The notes: generated by a model not told the origin, from the sequence alone. A stretch of DNA of 64,000 nt from Synechococcus sp. (GCA_047285305.1 JBJBDL010000003.1:160001-224000); one strand, 5' to 3'. Shown: positions 43,797 through 55,661, numbered from the stretch's first letter. Numbers and translations are program-made.

Positions 43797-44296
43797 TCCA
43801 TCAGCAGCTGCCGGGCCCGCTTCAATTCTTCCACGGGATTGGTGAGCAGGTCTTCCTCCTCGAGTGAGGGCAGCTGCACGGGAACCACCTGATTGTCGTT
43901 GCGGGGCGGCTCGATCCACTGCCAGCGGTCTTGCGGAGCGCGCACCTGGCACAGAGCTTTCAGCTCGCTCTTCAACAGGCCACGCACATCGCGCCGGGCG
44001 ACGGCATCAAAAAACTCCTCACGGGTCGCCAGCCCGGAACTGAACGGTGTGGATCCATTGCCGTTGAACAGGCGCGCTGGATCAGGCAGCCATCGGGGAC
44101 GACACACCCCCGGGAAGCTGGTGTCTGTCTCCAGATAAATGTGGAGCCCGTAGCCATCGGGCTGATTGACCACAGCCACCCCGTCATGGGGGGAATGGCG
44201 GTCTAGAGGAAACAAGCGCCAGCTGGGCAGTTCCTTTGGAGCAGCGCAGGCCCCCAGCAGCAGGGCTACTCCCCAAAGCAGTCGCAGGAGCGGCAT
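43778..44296 (-). CDS. hypothetical lipoprotein
   Basis: Lipobox LGAC after a hydrophobic stretch. Confidence 0.7.
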   Translation of the reverse strand: MPLLRLLWGVALLLGACAAPKELPSWRLFPLDRHSPHDGVAVVNQPDGYGLHIYLETDTSFPGVCRPRWLPDPARLFNGNGSTPFSSGLATREEFFDAVARRDVRGLLKSELKALCQVRAPQDRWQWIEPPRNDNQVVPVQLPSLEEEDLLTNPVEELKRARQLLMDQRAGE

Positions 44297-44353
44297 CCAT
44301 CACCACCGGAGGTGGCCATCCTGAAGCAGATTCGACGCATCTGCCTGCGCCTT

Positions 44354-44938
44354 ATGGCCCTGACACCATCCACGATGCTGGCGCTGGGCACAGGCCTGCC
44401 TGATTTTGATCTTCCCCAGGTCACCGGCGGTCGGCTGAACAGCACTTCCCTGGACCAACGGCCCGTGCTGCTGATGGTGCTTTGTGCCCATTGCCCATTT
44501 GTGAAACATGTGGAGCCCGAGATCACTCGGCTGGACCAAGACTTCAGCAATGCGGTGCAGCTGGTGGGCGTCAGCAGCAACAGCCTGATCACCCACCCCC
44601 AGGATGGGCCAGAACAACTGGCAGATCAGGCCAGGCACCACGGCTGGAGCTTCCCTTACCTGCTGGATGAGCAGCAAACCCTGGCCCGAGCTCTCAGGGC
44701 CGCCTGCACGCCGGAGCTCTACCTGTTTTCAGCCGATGGCGAAGGCCTGCAGAGCCTGCGCTATCGCGGCCAATTGGACGGCAGCCGACCCGGCAACGAT
44801 CAGCCCCTAGATGGTCGCGACCTGCGGGCCGCCCTCGAGGCCGTGCTGACGGGATCTTTGGTGAATCCAGACCAGACCGCCTCGGCGGGCTGCAATGTGA
44901 AGTGGCACCCCGGACACGAGCCGGAGTGGTTCAGCTGA
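44354..44938 (+). CDS. thioredoxin-fold AhpC/TSA-like protein
   Basis: CAHCPFV, AACTPE, YRGQLD, GCNVKW. Confidence 0.9.
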   Translation: MALTPSTMLALGTGLPDFDLPQVTGGRLNSTSLDQRPVLLMVLCAHCPFVKHVEPEITRLDQDFSNAVQLVGVSSNSLITHPQDGPEQLADQARHHGWSFPYLLDEQQTLARALRAACTPELYLFSADGEGLQSLRYRGQLDGSRPGNDQPLDGRDLRAALEAVLTGSLVNPDQTASAGCNVKWHPGHEPEWFS

Positions 44939-44957
44939 GCCACTTAAGCTTTGCTTT

Positions 44958-46199
44958 ATGCAGGTATCTCCCTTCAGCCTCAGCCAACAGATCGACGATC
45001 TCGGTGTGGACCTCGAAGAGGCGGTGCTCGAGGTGTTGCGCAGCGGTCAGTACATCGGTGGACCGCAAATCAAACGCTTCGAGGAAGCCTTTGCCGCCAG
45101 CGTGGGCTGCGAGCACGCCGTGGGCTGCAACAGCGGCACCGACGCTCTGATCCTGGCCCTGCGCGGCTTGGGCATTGGCGCCGGCGATGAGGTGATCACC
45201 TGCTCGTTCAGTTTTTTCGCCACAGCTGAGGCCATCAGCGCCGTTGGCGCCACGCCTGTGTTCGTCGATGTCGACCCCAGCACCTACCTGATCGATTTCG
45301 AGCAGATCGAAGCCGCAATCACTCCCGCCACCAGGGCCCTGATGCCGGTGCACCTGTTCGGGCGTGCGGTAAACATGACGCGGCTGATGGCCATTGCCGA
45401 ACACCATCAGCTCAAGGTGATCGAAGACTGCGCCCAGGCAACAGGAGCCCGTTGGAATGGCCAGGCCGTGGGCAGCTTCGGCGATGTGGGCTGCTTCAGC
45501 TTCTTCCCCACCAAGAACCTCGGCGCGGCGGGAGATGGCGGTGCCGTCACCGCCAGCGATGCCCAACTGGCCCAGGCCATGCGTGAGCTGGCCGTGCACG
45601 GCATGCCCGAGCGCTACCTGCACACCAGCCTTGGCTACAACAGCCGGCTGGATGCGATCCAGGCGGCGGTGTTGAACGTGAAGCTGCCAAGGCTGGAGGA
45701 GTGGATCGGCAAACGAACAGCCATCGCCAAGCGTTACCGGGATGCCCTTGGCGATCTCAACGGCCTCACCCTGCCAACAGCCGACGACGGCCACAGCTGG
45801 AACCAATTCGTGGTGCGCATCGGCAATTGCACCACCGGCCAGCCGCTCTGCAACGCCAGCTGCAACCCCTCCAAAACCAGTGCACGCCACGGCATCCCCG
45901 AGAGCTGCTGCCGCGACTGGGTTAAGCAGACCCTGCAAGAGCGTGGGGTGAGCACGATCATCTACTACCCAATTCCAATCCACCGGCAGCCGGCCTACGC
46001 CCATCTGGGCTTGAAACAGGGCTCCTTACCGGTGACGGAACAGCTCTGCAGCCAGGTGCTGAGCCTGCCGATCTTCCCTGAGTTAAATGACCGGCAGCAA
46101 GAGGCTGTGATCGACACGGTGCGCCAGCTGCTGGCACCCAATGTGCCGTCCCAGCTCCGTAGTGCCGACGAAGGCGATCAGAACCGGATGGTGGCGTAG
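44958..46199 (+). CDS. DegT/DnrJ/EryC1/StrS PLP aminotransferase
   Basis: NSGTDAL, EDCAQA, SFFPTKNLG, GYNSRLD. Confidence 0.93.
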   Translation: MQVSPFSLSQQIDDLGVDLEEAVLEVLRSGQYIGGPQIKRFEEAFAASVGCEHAVGCNSGTDALILALRGLGIGAGDEVITCSFSFFATAEAISAVGATPVFVDVDPSTYLIDFEQIEAAITPATRALMPVHLFGRAVNMTRLMAIAEHHQLKVIEDCAQATGARWNGQAVGSFGDVGCFSFFPTKNLGAAGDGGAVTASDAQLAQAMRELAVHGMPERYLHTSLGYNSRLDAIQAAVLNVKLPRLEEWIGKRTAIAKRYRDALGDLNGLTLPTADDGHSWNQFVVRIGNCTTGQPLCNASCNPSKTSARHGIPESCCRDWVKQTLQERGVSTIIYYPIPIHRQPAYAHLGLKQGSLPVTEQLCSQVLSLPIFPELNDRQQEAVIDTVRQLLAPNVPSQLRSADEGDQNRMVA

Positions 46200-47611
46200 A
46201 GAGCTTTAAACCGAGCCTGCTGCTTCTTGTGATCCACCAGAGGTTCGGGATAGTCGCGCCGTTCCAGGGCTCCGATCTCACCACTGAGCAGATCTTTTGT
46301 GTTCACATGGCGGAGCTCCGGCACCCACTGGCGGATGTAATCACCGGCTGAATCGAATTTGGAGGCCTGGGTGGCGGGGTTGAAGATACGCAGGGGCTTG
46401 GGGTCCATGCCACTGCTTGCGCTCCACTGCCAACCACCATTGTTCGCGGCCAGGTCACCGTCCACCTCAAGTTCCATGAAGGCGCGCTCGCCCCAGCGCC
46501 AGTCGCAGATCAGGTCTTTGACCAGATAGGAGGCCACGATCATTCGGCAGCGATTGTGCATCCAGCCGGTCTGGTTGAGCTGGCGCATGGCGGCATCGAT
46601 GATCGGCATGCCGGTCTGCCCCTCCTTCCAGAAGTCGAACCAGTCCTCGTTGTTCTCCCAGGGGAAGCGGCGCCACTGCTCGCGGTAGGGTCCATCGGCC
46701 AGTTCCGGGAAATGAAAAAGAGCCTGCTGGTAAAACTCTCGCCAGCCCAGCTCCTGCTCCCACACTGCAATAGCCTGCAAGTGCTCCTCGCTGCGGGCTC
46801 GTTCGCGGGAGTCCTGGGCGGCACACCAGGCCTGGCGCGGACTGAGCGTGCCGACGCTCAAGGCAGCGCTGAGGTAAGAGGTGCCTGAGGTACCGGGGAA
46901 ATTACGGTCTGGCTCATAGCCGAGCAGCGGCCCATCACAGAAGCTGTTGAGTTGGGCCAGCGCCGCCGCTTCTCCAGGGCGACAGGGGCAGATCGCGGCG
47001 CCCTTGAAACCATGGCTCTCCCGGAGAGCCTCCAGGGACTCAAGAGCCGGCAGCTGAGCAGGATCAAGATCCACCAGCCCGGTGGGGGCCGCAACAGTGC
47101 TGGGTTGCTTGGCCAGCACCTGGCCGCGCCAGTTGCGCAGGAACGGGCCATAGACGCGGTATGGGGCACCACCACCGGTCTTGAGCAGCTCCGGAGCGAT
47201 CAGCAGCTGATCCCAATCCACCACCACCTTGCGGCCATCGGCCTGCAGTTTTTTGGCCACCTGGCGGTCCCGCTCACGGGCATAGGGCTCCACATCGCGG
47301 TTCCACACCACAGCTTCGGCACCGATCTGCTGCGCCAGCTGCGGCAATACCGCCGTCGGATCTCCTTTGACGACCAGCAATCGGCTACCGGCCTCCCGCC
47401 AGCGCTGCTGCAGTTCCACCAGGCTCTCGATCAGAAACCACAGCCGGGCCGGCGCCATCGGCGGCAGATGGTCAGGCGGGTTGATCAGCTGCGGGTCGAG
47501 CACGTACACCCCTGTTACCGCCGGACTGATGTCCGTAGCAGCCACCAAACCAAGGTTGTCCGCCAGGCGCAGGTCGCGGCGGTGCCAGAACAGAACGCGA
47601 GGGCTGGTCAT
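46178..47611 (-). CDS. phrA: class I CPD DNA photolyase
   Basis: WHRRDLRLADN, TSYLS, WREFY, WMHNRCRM, NNGGWQW. Confidence 0.9.
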   Translation of the reverse strand: MTSPRVLFWHRRDLRLADNLGLVAATDISPAVTGVYVLDPQLINPPDHLPPMAPARLWFLIESLVELQQRWREAGSRLLVVKGDPTAVLPQLAQQIGAEAVVWNRDVEPYARERDRQVAKKLQADGRKVVVDWDQLLIAPELLKTGGGAPYRVYGPFLRNWRGQVLAKQPSTVAAPTGLVDLDPAQLPALESLEALRESHGFKGAAICPCRPGEAAALAQLNSFCDGPLLGYEPDRNFPGTSGTSYLSAALSVGTLSPRQAWCAAQDSRERARSEEHLQAIAVWEQELGWREFYQQALFHFPELADGPYREQWRRFPWENNEDWFDFWKEGQTGMPIIDAAMRQLNQTGWMHNRCRMIVASYLVKDLICDWRWGERAFMELEVDGDLAANNGGWQWSASSGMDPKPLRIFNPATQASKFDSAGDYIRQWVPELRHVNTKDLLSGEIGALERRDYPEPLVDHKKQQARFKALYATIRF

Positions 47612-48171
47612 CAGAGGCCGAGAAGCTGCTTGGCACGGAACCAAGCGGTAACGCTTTTGCCATCGAGCCATTCATCGCCCGATGCCAATGCTGCATCCAG
47701 CTGAGCTGGGCTCATCAGCACCACCTCCAGATCTTCGTCGTCATCGCCGGCTGGAGGGTTCTCCAAGGGCGCGAGTTCCCGGGCCAGAAAGCAGTGGATC
47801 ACCTCATCGGAATAGCCCGGGCAAGGAAGCATCGGCCCCAGCACATCCCACTTCGCTGCGCTGTAACCAGCCTCTTCCCCCAGCTCGCGCTGCATTGATT
47901 CCAGAGGATCTTCCCCCTCCTCCAGGGTGCCCGCAGGGAACTCCAGCAGACGGGCCTGCACCGCGAAGCGGTACTGACGAAGCAGCACGACCTGGCCGTC
48001 GTCGGTGATCGGCACCGCCAGGGAGGCGCCGGGGTGGCGGATCATCCCGAAGGTGGCCTCAACCCCCATCGGCAATTTGATCCGGTTGCGCTCGAAACGG
48101 AGCTTGCGAGCGTCCACCACCTCGACGGTGTCCAGCAGCTCAAAAGGCTCCGGGGCCGGCAGTGGCGCCAT
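47611..48171 (-). CDS. NUDIX hydrolase (ADP-ribose pyrophosphatase-like)
   Basis: EFPAG...RELGEEAGY Nudix box. Confidence 0.92.
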   Translation of the reverse strand: MAPLPAPEPFELLDTVEVVDARKLRFERNRIKLPMGVEATFGMIRHPGASLAVPITDDGQVVLLRQYRFAVQARLLEFPAGTLEEGEDPLESMQRELGEEAGYSAAKWDVLGPMLPCPGYSDEVIHCFLARELAPLENPPAGDDDEDLEVVLMSPAQLDAALASGDEWLDGKSVTAWFRAKQLLGL

Positions 48172-48189
48172 GGAATCAGGCGAGAAGGG

Positions 48190-48678
48190 TCACCAGCATG
48201 GCGGGTGAGTGCCCTGCATCGCCTGGAGCAGCGGCTCCAGCACAAAGCTGCGCAGGTGCATCCGCGGGTGGGGAAGCATCAGGTCAGGGTGATCAAGGCG
48301 CAGTTCTCCCCAGAACAAGAGGTCGAGATCAAGGCTTCGAGGGCCCCAGCGCTGCTCTTGAGACCGCTCACGACCAAAGCGCCGTTCAAGCCCATGCAAC
48401 CGCTGCAACAACTCCAGGGCCAACGGTTCAGCGGGCACAAGCGCGAGGCCCTGAACCAGCACCACCGCATTGAGATAATTGGGCTGCTGAACTGGTCCGA
48501 CGGGCTTGGTCTCCCACAGCTGCGACCAGCGGCAGCAGAGGTCTTGACCGGCCCAAGCCCTGAGCAGCTCCTCCAACAAAGGCCGCACCGCCACAAGGGT
48601 CTGGCGCGGCGAACCCGCCGCACTGGGTCGGTTCGCCCCCAGCGCCACCGCAACAGAAGCGTCATAGATGGAGAGCAT
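48190..48678 (-). CDS. folK: 6-hydroxymethyl-7,8-dihydropterin pyrophosphokinase
   Basis: [33 protein letters not shown]. Confidence 0.93.
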   Translation of the reverse strand: MLSIYDASVAVALGANRPSAAGSPRQTLVAVRPLLEELLRAWAGQDLCCRWSQLWETKPVGPVQQPNYLNAVVLVQGLALVPAEPLALELLQRLHGLERRFGRERSQEQRWGPRSLDLDLLFWGELRLDHPDLMLPHPRMHLRSFVLEPLLQAMQGTHPPCW

Positions 48679-48716
48679 CAGCGAGACTGGCGCGCACGAA
48701 CGGGCTGAACGCGTCC

Positions 48717-50822
48717 ATGGTGGCAACCGGAGTAGCGGCAAAGGACGACCAGGCCACCCGCGCCTTTCCACTGGCAGCGATTACGGGCCATGGCACGTTG
48801 AAGCTGGCCCTCCTGCTCGCGGCTGTGGACCCTGGGTTGGGCGGGGTGGTGATCGCAGGGGGGCGCGGCACCGGCAAATCAGTTTTGGCTCGGGGCCTGC
48901 ATGCCCTGCTTCCCCCGATCGACATCCTCGATGCCGAAGGGGGTGTAGGCCGCAATCTCGATCCCCAGAATCCTGAGGAATGGGACGACGCCTCCCGCGA
49001 GCGGATCACAGACGAAACACCCTCCACGGTGATTCCCGCCCCATTCGTGCAGATCCCCCTCGGCATCACCGAGGATCGGTTGGTGGGAGCTGTGGATGTC
49101 GCAGCCTCACTGTCCAGTGGCAGTGCCGTGTTCCAGCCAGGGCTGCTGGCGGATGCCCACCGCGGCGTGCTCTACGTCGATGAACTGAACCTCTTGGACG
49201 ACGGCATCGTCAACCTGATGCTGGCGGCCGTGGGCAGCGGCGAGAACCGGGTGGAGCGCGAGGGCCTCAGCCTTAGCCACCCCTGCCGGCCGCTGCTGAT
49301 CGCCACCTACAACCCGGAGGAGGGCAATGTTCGCGATCACCTGCTGGACCGTTTCGCCATCGCGCTCTCGGCCAACCAGCTGGTGAGCACGGAGCAGCGG
49401 GTGGAGATCACCAACGCAGTGATCAGCCATGGCCAATGCAGCCGCAGCTTTGCCGAGAAATGGAGCGAAGAAACCGATGCCTTGGCCACCCAGCTGCTGC
49501 TGGCTCGCCAGTGGCTTCCGGATGTTCAGATCAGCGGCGAACAGATCGAGTACCTGGTAACTGAGGCCATCCGCGGAGGCGTCGAAGGCCACCGCTCCGA
49601 GCTCTACGCCGTGCGGGTGGCCAAGGCCCATGCCGCCCTCAGCGGCCGCGATCAGGTGGAAGCTGACGACCTTCAAGTGGCCGTCGCCCTGGTGATCGCA
49701 CCGCGTGCCTCGCAGATGCCGCCACCGGACCAGCAGATGGAACCACCCCCACCGCAGGACCAGGAACCGCCGCCGCCCCAGGATCAGGGCGATCAACAAC
49801 AAGACAATCCACCCCCACCACCGGAGGGATCCGGCGAAGAGGACAACGATCCGCCGGAGGACAACAGCGACGACGACAACACCAACGACGACGAGGACGA
49901 CGGTGAGGAGGACCAAGCTCCACCTGCTGTGCCCGAAGAGTTCATGCTCGATCCCGAAGCGATCGAAGTTGACCCTGATCTGCTGCTGTTCAATGCCGCC
50001 AAAGCGAAAAGCGGTAATAGCGGCAGCCGTTCGGTGGTGCTCAGCGAAAGCCGCGGACGTTACGTGAAACCGATGCTGCCCCGAGGGCCGGTGCGCCGCA
50101 TCGCCGTCGACGCCACCCTGAGAGCAGCGGCGCCTTACCAGAAGATTCGCCGCGAACGGGAACCGGGCCGTTCTGTGATTGTGGAGGAGGGCGATCTGCG
50201 GGCCAAGTTGCTGCAACGCAAGGCCGGAGCCTTGGTGGTGTTCTTGGTGGATGCCAGCGGCTCAATGGCCTTGAACCGAATGCAGAGCGCCAAGGGCGCT
50301 GTGATCCGGCTGCTCACCGAAGCCTATGAAAACCGCGACGAAGTGGCCCTGATTCCCTTCCGCGGCGATCAGGCTGAGGTGCTGCTCCCGCCCACCCGCT
50401 CGATCACCGCGGCGCGGCGCCGGCTGGAATCGATGCCCTGCGGCGGCGGTTCCCCCCTGGCCCATGGCCTCACTCAGGCGGCCCGTGTCGGCGCCAATGC
50501 CCTGGCCACAGGCGATCTCGGCCAGGTGGTTGTGGTGGCCATCACTGACGGACGCGGCAACGTGCCCTTGAGCACCTCTCTCGGCCAACCCGAACTCGAC
50601 GGGGAAGAGAAGACCGATCTCAAGCAAGAGGTGCTGGATGTCGCCGCCCGCTACAGAGGGCTCGGGATCAAGCTGCTGGTGATCGACACCGAGCGCAAGT
50701 TCATCGGCAGCGGCATGGGCAAAGATCTCGCCGAGGCGGCTGGAGGCAAATATGTGCAGTTGCCAAAGGCCAGCGATCAAGCGATCGCGGCTGTGGCCAT
50801 GGACGCCATCAACGCCATCTAA
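48717..50822 (+). CDS. chlD: magnesium chelatase subunit D
   Basis: AAA GRGTGKS, Pro/acidic linker, vWA DASGSM. Confidence 0.96.
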   Translation: MVATGVAAKDDQATRAFPLAAITGHGTLKLALLLAAVDPGLGGVVIAGGRGTGKSVLARGLHALLPPIDILDAEGGVGRNLDPQNPEEWDDASRERITDETPSTVIPAPFVQIPLGITEDRLVGAVDVAASLSSGSAVFQPGLLADAHRGVLYVDELNLLDDGIVNLMLAAVGSGENRVEREGLSLSHPCRPLLIATYNPEEGNVRDHLLDRFAIALSANQLVSTEQRVEITNAVISHGQCSRSFAEKWSEETDALATQLLLARQWLPDVQISGEQIEYLVTEAIRGGVEGHRSELYAVRVAKAHAALSGRDQVEADDLQVAVALVIAPRASQMPPPDQQMEPPPPQDQEPPPPQDQGDQQQDNPPPPPEGSGEEDNDPPEDNSDDDNTNDDEDDGEEDQAPPAVPEEFMLDPEAIEVDPDLLLFNAAKAKSGNSGSRSVVLSESRGRYVKPMLPRGPVRRIAVDATLRAAAPYQKIRREREPGRSVIVEEGDLRAKLLQRKAGALVVFLVDASGSMALNRMQSAKGAVIRLLTEAYENRDEVALIPFRGDQAEVLLPPTRSITAARRRLESMPCGGGSPLAHGLTQAARVGANALATGDLGQVVVVAITDGRGNVPLSTSLGQPELDGEEKTDLKQEVLDVAARYRGLGIKLLVIDTERKFIGSGMGKDLAEAAGGKYVQLPKASDQAIAAVAMDAINAI

Positions 50823-50872
50823 TTGGCACGATATCGAGTTTTAATCACATCAATATCGACCACATATCGTGC

Positions 50873-51733
50873 CTATTGGGCAGTTTGCGCCGGATAGATT
50901 TCTCCTAACAATTCACCCAGGCCGATGGTGAGACTACGTACGCCCTTCATGAACTCAGGATCACTTGTGAGCCGAGCCAAATCACCTCCCACAGCATTGA
51001 TCTTGGCGGAGAGCTCCGCGGCATTAGCGACCGTTTGCTGGAGTTCACTCAGCGTCTGGGGATTGTCGAGGGAGGCCACGATGTTGTTCATATGAGCCGT
51101 CGCCGTCTCCAGATTGCGAATCACAGGAGCGGCCTTTGTCAGATCTTCCTGCAGTTGCAGCGTCAGAGCCTCGAATTTCTTCGTGGTGGTATTAATCAGC
51201 TCAAGGGAGGCAGCCATATTGGGGATCACCCTTTCTTCCTGCACCTGTGCCAGCAGCTCCTGCATGGTTGCAGTCACGGTGGAAAGGCTGGGGACCTCTT
51301 GCCCCACAACGTTTCCACCGCTGCAGAGTTGTCGTGTTGGCTGACAGCCAGACGCTTGAGGGAGCGGTGCATCCTGCGGAAGCGGGGTTCCGCGGCTGAC
51401 CAGTGCCACCTGTGCATCCCCACCCAGCAAAGAACCAGCCCCCACCGTGGCGGTCACAGGCAGAGACAAGCGCAGGTCTCCCTTGTTGATCTCAAGCTCA
51501 GCCACTACCGCCTCAGGTGTGACCGCAATCGAGCGCACGGAACCCACCATTATTCCCCGATAGGTAACAGGTGAACGCTCAGCCAGTCCTGCCGCATCAT
51601 TGAAACGAGCGGTCACCGTCCAGTGGCTGGACCCCAAACGAACACCTCGCAACCACAGAGTAGTTGAAGCAAATCCGACAATGCCACCGACCACTGCGAA
51701 TCCGACGATGGCATCACGAACGCTGCGTCGCAT
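50873..51733 (-). CDS. MlaD/MCE family protein
   Basis: N-terminal TM, AAGL...VTYRGI.VGSV MCE motif, helical C-terminus. Confidence 0.88.
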   Translation of the reverse strand: MRRSVRDAIVGFAVVGGIVGFASTTLWLRGVRLGSSHWTVTARFNDAAGLAERSPVTYRGIMVGSVRSIAVTPEAVVAELEINKGDLRLSLPVTATVGAGSLLGGDAQVALVSRGTPLPQDAPLPQASGCQPTRQLCSGGNVVGQEVPSLSTVTATMQELLAQVQEERVIPNMAASLELINTTTKKFEALTLQLQEDLTKAAPVIRNLETATAHMNNIVASLDNPQTLSELQQTVANAAELSAKINAVGGDLARLTSDPEFMKGVRSLTIGLGELLGEIYPAQTAQ

Positions 51734-51738
51734 AGTGG

Positions 51739-52503
51739 TCAGTGCTCCGCCGGTTGCATTGGTCCGCGCAGGCTACCCGTCCTGAACTGGACAACATAGG
51801 GGTTCTCTGTGGTGCGAAACGCATCCACCGAGCCTTCCCACTGGAACTGACCGTCGTAGAGCATCAGCACCCGTTCCGCCGTCCGTTCAATCGTGCTTCG
51901 CACGTGACTCACCACCACCGAACATCCCTGAGCAACGGTGGTGGTTTTGACGATTAAGTCCTCGATCCGCGTGCAAGCCACGGGATCAAGCCCTGCGGTG
52001 GGCTCGTCGTAGAGCAACAGGGGCATCGACTGATCCCCCCTTAGAGGGTCGTCAATCAGGGCACGGGCAAAGCTCACCCGCTTCTGCATGCCACCACTCA
52101 ATTCTCCGGCGTAGAGGTTGGCCACGTCGTACAGCCCTACAGCTTCAAGGCAGGCATGCACCCGATCGCGAATCTCCTTCCGAGTCAGCTGCGCCCGTTC
52201 GCGCAACAGGAAGCCGACGTTCTCCTCAACCGTGAGCGATGCCAACAGAGCGGGGTTCTGAAACACAAGCCGCACATCTGGCGGATCGGTCTGGTCCAAC
52301 CGCAAATAGGTCTGCAGTTTGTTGAACAAGCGCAGCTCACCACTGGTGGGCAACTGCAAACCAGCCAGCAGGCGCAACACCGTTGACTTGCCAGCCCCCG
52401 ATGGACCCACCACGGCCAAGCGTTCCCCCGCACGCAGGTTCAGGTTGACCCGATCAAGAACAGGCCGAGATCCCCACTGCATCGTGAGATCCCGCATCTC
52501 CAC
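51739..52503 (-). CDS. ABC transporter ATPase, MlaF/TGD3-like
   Basis: GPSGAGKS, LSGGMQKRV, YDEPTAGLDP; start uncertain. Confidence 0.9.
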   Translation of the reverse strand: MEMRDLTMQWGSRPVLDRVNLNLRAGERLAVVGPSGAGKSTVLRLLAGLQLPTSGELRLFNKLQTYLRLDQTDPPDVRLVFQNPALLASLTVEENVGFLLRERAQLTRKEIRDRVHACLEAVGLYDVANLYAGELSGGMQKRVSFARALIDDPLRGDQSMPLLLYDEPTAGLDPVACTRIEDLIVKTTTVAQGCSVVVSHVRSTIERTAERVLMLYDGQFQWEGSVDAFRTTENPYVVQFRTGSLRGPMQPAEH

Positions 52504-52607
52504 GACGGACTGAAGCTGCGGCAAGGTCTTGGCCGAAAAACACCTACATCCTGCCGCCTTTACACAAGCTCCGTACAGTTCGGTGAACTTGCTCACCAGG
52601 CCGTTCC

Positions 52608-53999
52608 TTGGCGCTGAAGCCTCCTACAAGCAGACGCCAAGCCCGAACGATGCGCGATAAGAGGCGACGGGATCTGATGACCCGATCCCAAAGGGCTGTG
52701 CGCTGGTTGCAACCAGGCCTGGTGGTCAAACGCTGGCTGCTGACCTCTGGCCTGGGGCTGTTGATGGCGCTGCTGGGGGCCGCCGTCTGGGCCGATCTCA
52801 AACCTATCTACTGGATTCTGGAAACCCTCAGCTGGCTGCTGAGCACCCTCACCACCGTGTTACCCCGCGAGATCACCGGCCCACTGGTGGTGCTCATCGG
52901 CAGTGGCCTTTTGCTGTGGGGGCAGAGCCGCAGCTTCGGCTCGATTCAACAGGCTCTCGCCCCCGACAAGGACACCGTTCTGGTGGATGCCCTGCGAGCC
53001 AAAAGCCGCTTGAACCGGGGGCCAAACATCGTGGCCATTGGCGGCGGAACAGGCTTATCGACCCTGCTGAGCGGCCTGAAGCGTTACAGCAGCCACATCA
53101 CCGCCATTGTCACGGTCGCTGATGACGGCGGCAGCAGCGGGGTGCTCCGGCGTGAACTGGGGGTGCTGCCCCCAGGTGACATCCGCAACTGCCTGGCCGC
53201 CCTTTCCACCGAAGAGCCACTGCTCACCCGTCTATTCCAATACCGCTTTGCGGCTGGGAGCGGCCTGGAGGGGCACAGCTTTGGAAATTTGTTTCTCTCA
53301 GCCCTTTCGGCAATCACGGGCAATCTGGAAACAGCCATCACCGCATCAAGTCGTGTGCTGGCCGTGCAAGGTCAGGTAGTGCCCGCCACCAACGTGGATG
53401 TGCAACTTTGGGCCGAACTTGAAAACGGCCAACGGATCGAAGGCGAAAGCAACATCGGCCATGCCACCAGCCCCATCGTTCGCCTGGGCTGCAGTCCTGA
53501 ACGACCGCCGGCCCTGCCACGGGCACTCGAAGCGATCGCCAATGCCGACCTGATCGTGCTCGGACCGGGCAGCCTTTACACATCCCTGCTCCCCAATCTG
53601 CTGGTACCAGAACTGGTGGGAGCCATCAAACGCAGCAAGGCCCCCAGGCTCTACATCTGCAACCTGATGACGCAACCCGGCGAAACCGATGGCCTGGATG
53701 TGCGCGGTCACATCCGAGCGATCGAGGCACAGCTGGCCACTCTTGGCATTGAGCCCAGACTGTTCAATTCCGTCCTGGCCCAGGATGACCTGCCCGATTC
53801 GGATCTGGTGCGGTACTACCAAAGCCGTGGTGCCGATCCCGTGCGTTGCAATGCAGATGAACTGCGCTCAGACGGCTACGACGTCACCCAAGCACCTCTT
53901 CAGGGGATAAGGCCAACAGCAACATTGCGCCACGACTCCCGCAGCCTTGCCCTTGCGGTGATGCGTTTTTACCGAACCCATCGTCGAGAGCGCGATTAA
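52608..53999 (+). CDS. YvcK/GlmR (UPF0052) family protein
   Basis: [28 protein letters not shown]. Confidence 0.92.
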   Translation: MALKPPTSRRQARTMRDKRRRDLMTRSQRAVRWLQPGLVVKRWLLTSGLGLLMALLGAAVWADLKPIYWILETLSWLLSTLTTVLPREITGPLVVLIGSGLLLWGQSRSFGSIQQALAPDKDTVLVDALRAKSRLNRGPNIVAIGGGTGLSTLLSGLKRYSSHITAIVTVADDGGSSGVLRRELGVLPPGDIRNCLAALSTEEPLLTRLFQYRFAAGSGLEGHSFGNLFLSALSAITGNLETAITASSRVLAVQGQVVPATNVDVQLWAELENGQRIEGESNIGHATSPIVRLGCSPERPPALPRALEAIANADLIVLGPGSLYTSLLPNLLVPELVGAIKRSKAPRLYICNLMTQPGETDGLDVRGHIRAIEAQLATLGIEPRLFNSVLAQDDLPDSDLVRYYQSRGADPVRCNADELRSDGYDVTQAPLQGIRPTATLRHDSRSLALAVMRFYRTHRRERD

Positions 54000-54559
54000 T
54001 AGGCGTCCTGCATTTCATAGAAATCGGGCTGAACGTAATCCTTACGCAGCGGCCAACCTTTCCAGTCTTCCGGCATCAACAACCGTTTGGGATGCGGGTG
54101 CCCCTCAAATTGGATGCCGTACATGTCGAAGGTTTCACGCTCCTGCCAATCGGCGCCACGGAACAGGCCGTAGATCGAGGGGAGCGACGGGGTGCCCTCA
54201 CGGCTGAGGAACACTTTGATCCGCACTTCCCTCAGCTTGGCTGAAGGATTGGCCGCCATGGCCTCCACCTGTTCTGCCATCGCCAGCAGGTGGTAGAAGC
54301 AAACCAGCTGCTCACCGGGGCCTTCGTCGTAGCCCCCCTGACACTGGAGATAGTCGAAACCGTTGCTCTTGAGCGCCGCGGTAATCATCGGAAGCACGGC
54401 AGCTTCAACACCGATCTGCTCAACGCCGAGATGATCAGGCTCCAGGCTGTTGTGATCGAAGCCTTGTGTGTTCAGCCACTGGCTCACCGGCCCCGGCTCG
54501 GGAGCAACAACAGCACCGGCTTCATCGGAGGCAGTTTTCTTGGAGGGTGTTTCGCTCAT
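53996..54559 (-). CDS. ndhJ: NDH-1 subunit J
   Basis: [22 protein letters not shown]. Confidence 0.96.
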   Translation of the reverse strand: MSETPSKKTASDEAGAVVAPEPGPVSQWLNTQGFDHNSLEPDHLGVEQIGVEAAVLPMITAALKSNGFDYLQCQGGYDEGPGEQLVCFYHLLAMAEQVEAMAANPSAKLREVRIKVFLSREGTPSLPSIYGLFRGADWQERETFDMYGIQFEGHPHPKRLLMPEDWKGWPLRKDYVQPDFYEMQDAY

Positions 54560-55296
54560 GATTCGACTGGTTCGGCAGCAGGGGTGAGCACGGCGGCATC
54601 GGTGGCCAGGGTCTGGCCCGCCGGCGCTGCAGCCAGGGCAGCCTTCTGAGTTTCGGCTCGAAGGTAGGAGCCAGTCACGACAGGCTCAACACGCTTCATC
54701 TGATGGGAGACCGTCATGTAGCGGTGGGTCTGCTGATGCTTGCGCCTCTCCGCCAGCGACTCATCCCCCACTTTCTTACGCAGTTTGATCACAGCATCAA
54801 AGATCGCTTCGGGGCGGGGAGGACAGCCAGGCAGATAAAGATCTACCGGAATCAGCTTGTCGACACCGCGAACAGCGGTGGTGGAATCAGCGCTGAACAT
54901 GCCACCGGTGATGGTGCAGGCACCCATGGCGATCACGTACTTCGGCTCCGGCATCTGCTCATAAAGCCTCACCAAAGCCGGGGCCATCTTCATGGTGACC
55001 GTGCCGGCCACGATCAGAAGATCGGCCTGACGCGGGGAACTGCGGGGAACCAGACCGAAGCGATCAAAGTCGAAGCGGGAGCCCAGCAGCGCCGCAAACT
55101 CAATGAAGCAGCAGGCCGTTCCATATAGAAGCGGCCAGAGACTGCTCAAACGGGCCCAGTTGTGAAGGTCATCAAGACTGGTGAGGATGACGTTCTCGCT
55201 GAGGTCATTGGTGACCGTTGGAGCACCAATCGGAGCGCAACTGGCTTCGCGCAGATCGCGAGCTGCAGCAATGGAGGGGGATGTGTTCTCAGGCAT
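54556..55296 (-). CDS. ndhK: NDH-1 subunit K
   Basis: [20 protein letters not shown]. Confidence 0.97.
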   Translation of the reverse strand: MPENTSPSIAAARDLREASCAPIGAPTVTNDLSENVILTSLDDLHNWARLSSLWPLLYGTACCFIEFAALLGSRFDFDRFGLVPRSSPRQADLLIVAGTVTMKMAPALVRLYEQMPEPKYVIAMGACTITGGMFSADSTTAVRGVDKLIPVDLYLPGCPPRPEAIFDAVIKLRKKVGDESLAERRKHQQTHRYMTVSHQMKRVEPVVTGSYLRAETQKAALAAAPAGQTLATDAAVLTPAAEPVES

Positions 55297-55298
55297 GA

Positions 55299-55661
55299 CT
55301 AGCTCCACTCAAGGGCGCCTTTACGCCAGGCATAGGCCAAAGCCACCAGCAGGATTGCGATGAAGATCAGGGCCTCGATGAAGGCCAACAGGCCGAGGCG
55401 GTTGAACGCCACAGCCCAGGGATAAAGGAACACGGTCTCGACATCGAAGATGACGAAGACCAGCGCAAACATGTAATAGCGGATATTGAATTGAATCCAG
55501 GCCCCGCCAATGGGCTCCATGCCGGATTCATAGGTGAGCTGACGCTCACCGGCACGGCTTTTCGGCGCCACCAGTTTGTTGGTGATCAGAGCTAAAGCCG
55601 GTACGGCAGCAGCAATCAGCAGAAACCCCAGAAAGGCGTCGTAGCCGGGCAGGGCAAACAT
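55299..55661 (-). CDS. ndhC: NDH-1 subunit C
   Basis: YESGMEP, FVIFDVE, KGALEWS. Confidence 0.97.
   Translation of the reverse strand: MFALPGYDAFLGFLLIAAAVPALALITNKLVAPKSRAGERQLTYESGMEPIGGAWIQFNIRYYMFALVFVIFDVETVFLYPWAVAFNRLGLLAFIEALIFIAILLVALAYAWRKGALEWS

Noticed and set aside
49715..49925. Pro/Asp/Gln low-complexity repeats
   Set aside because: This is the normal ChlD acidic proline-rich linker.
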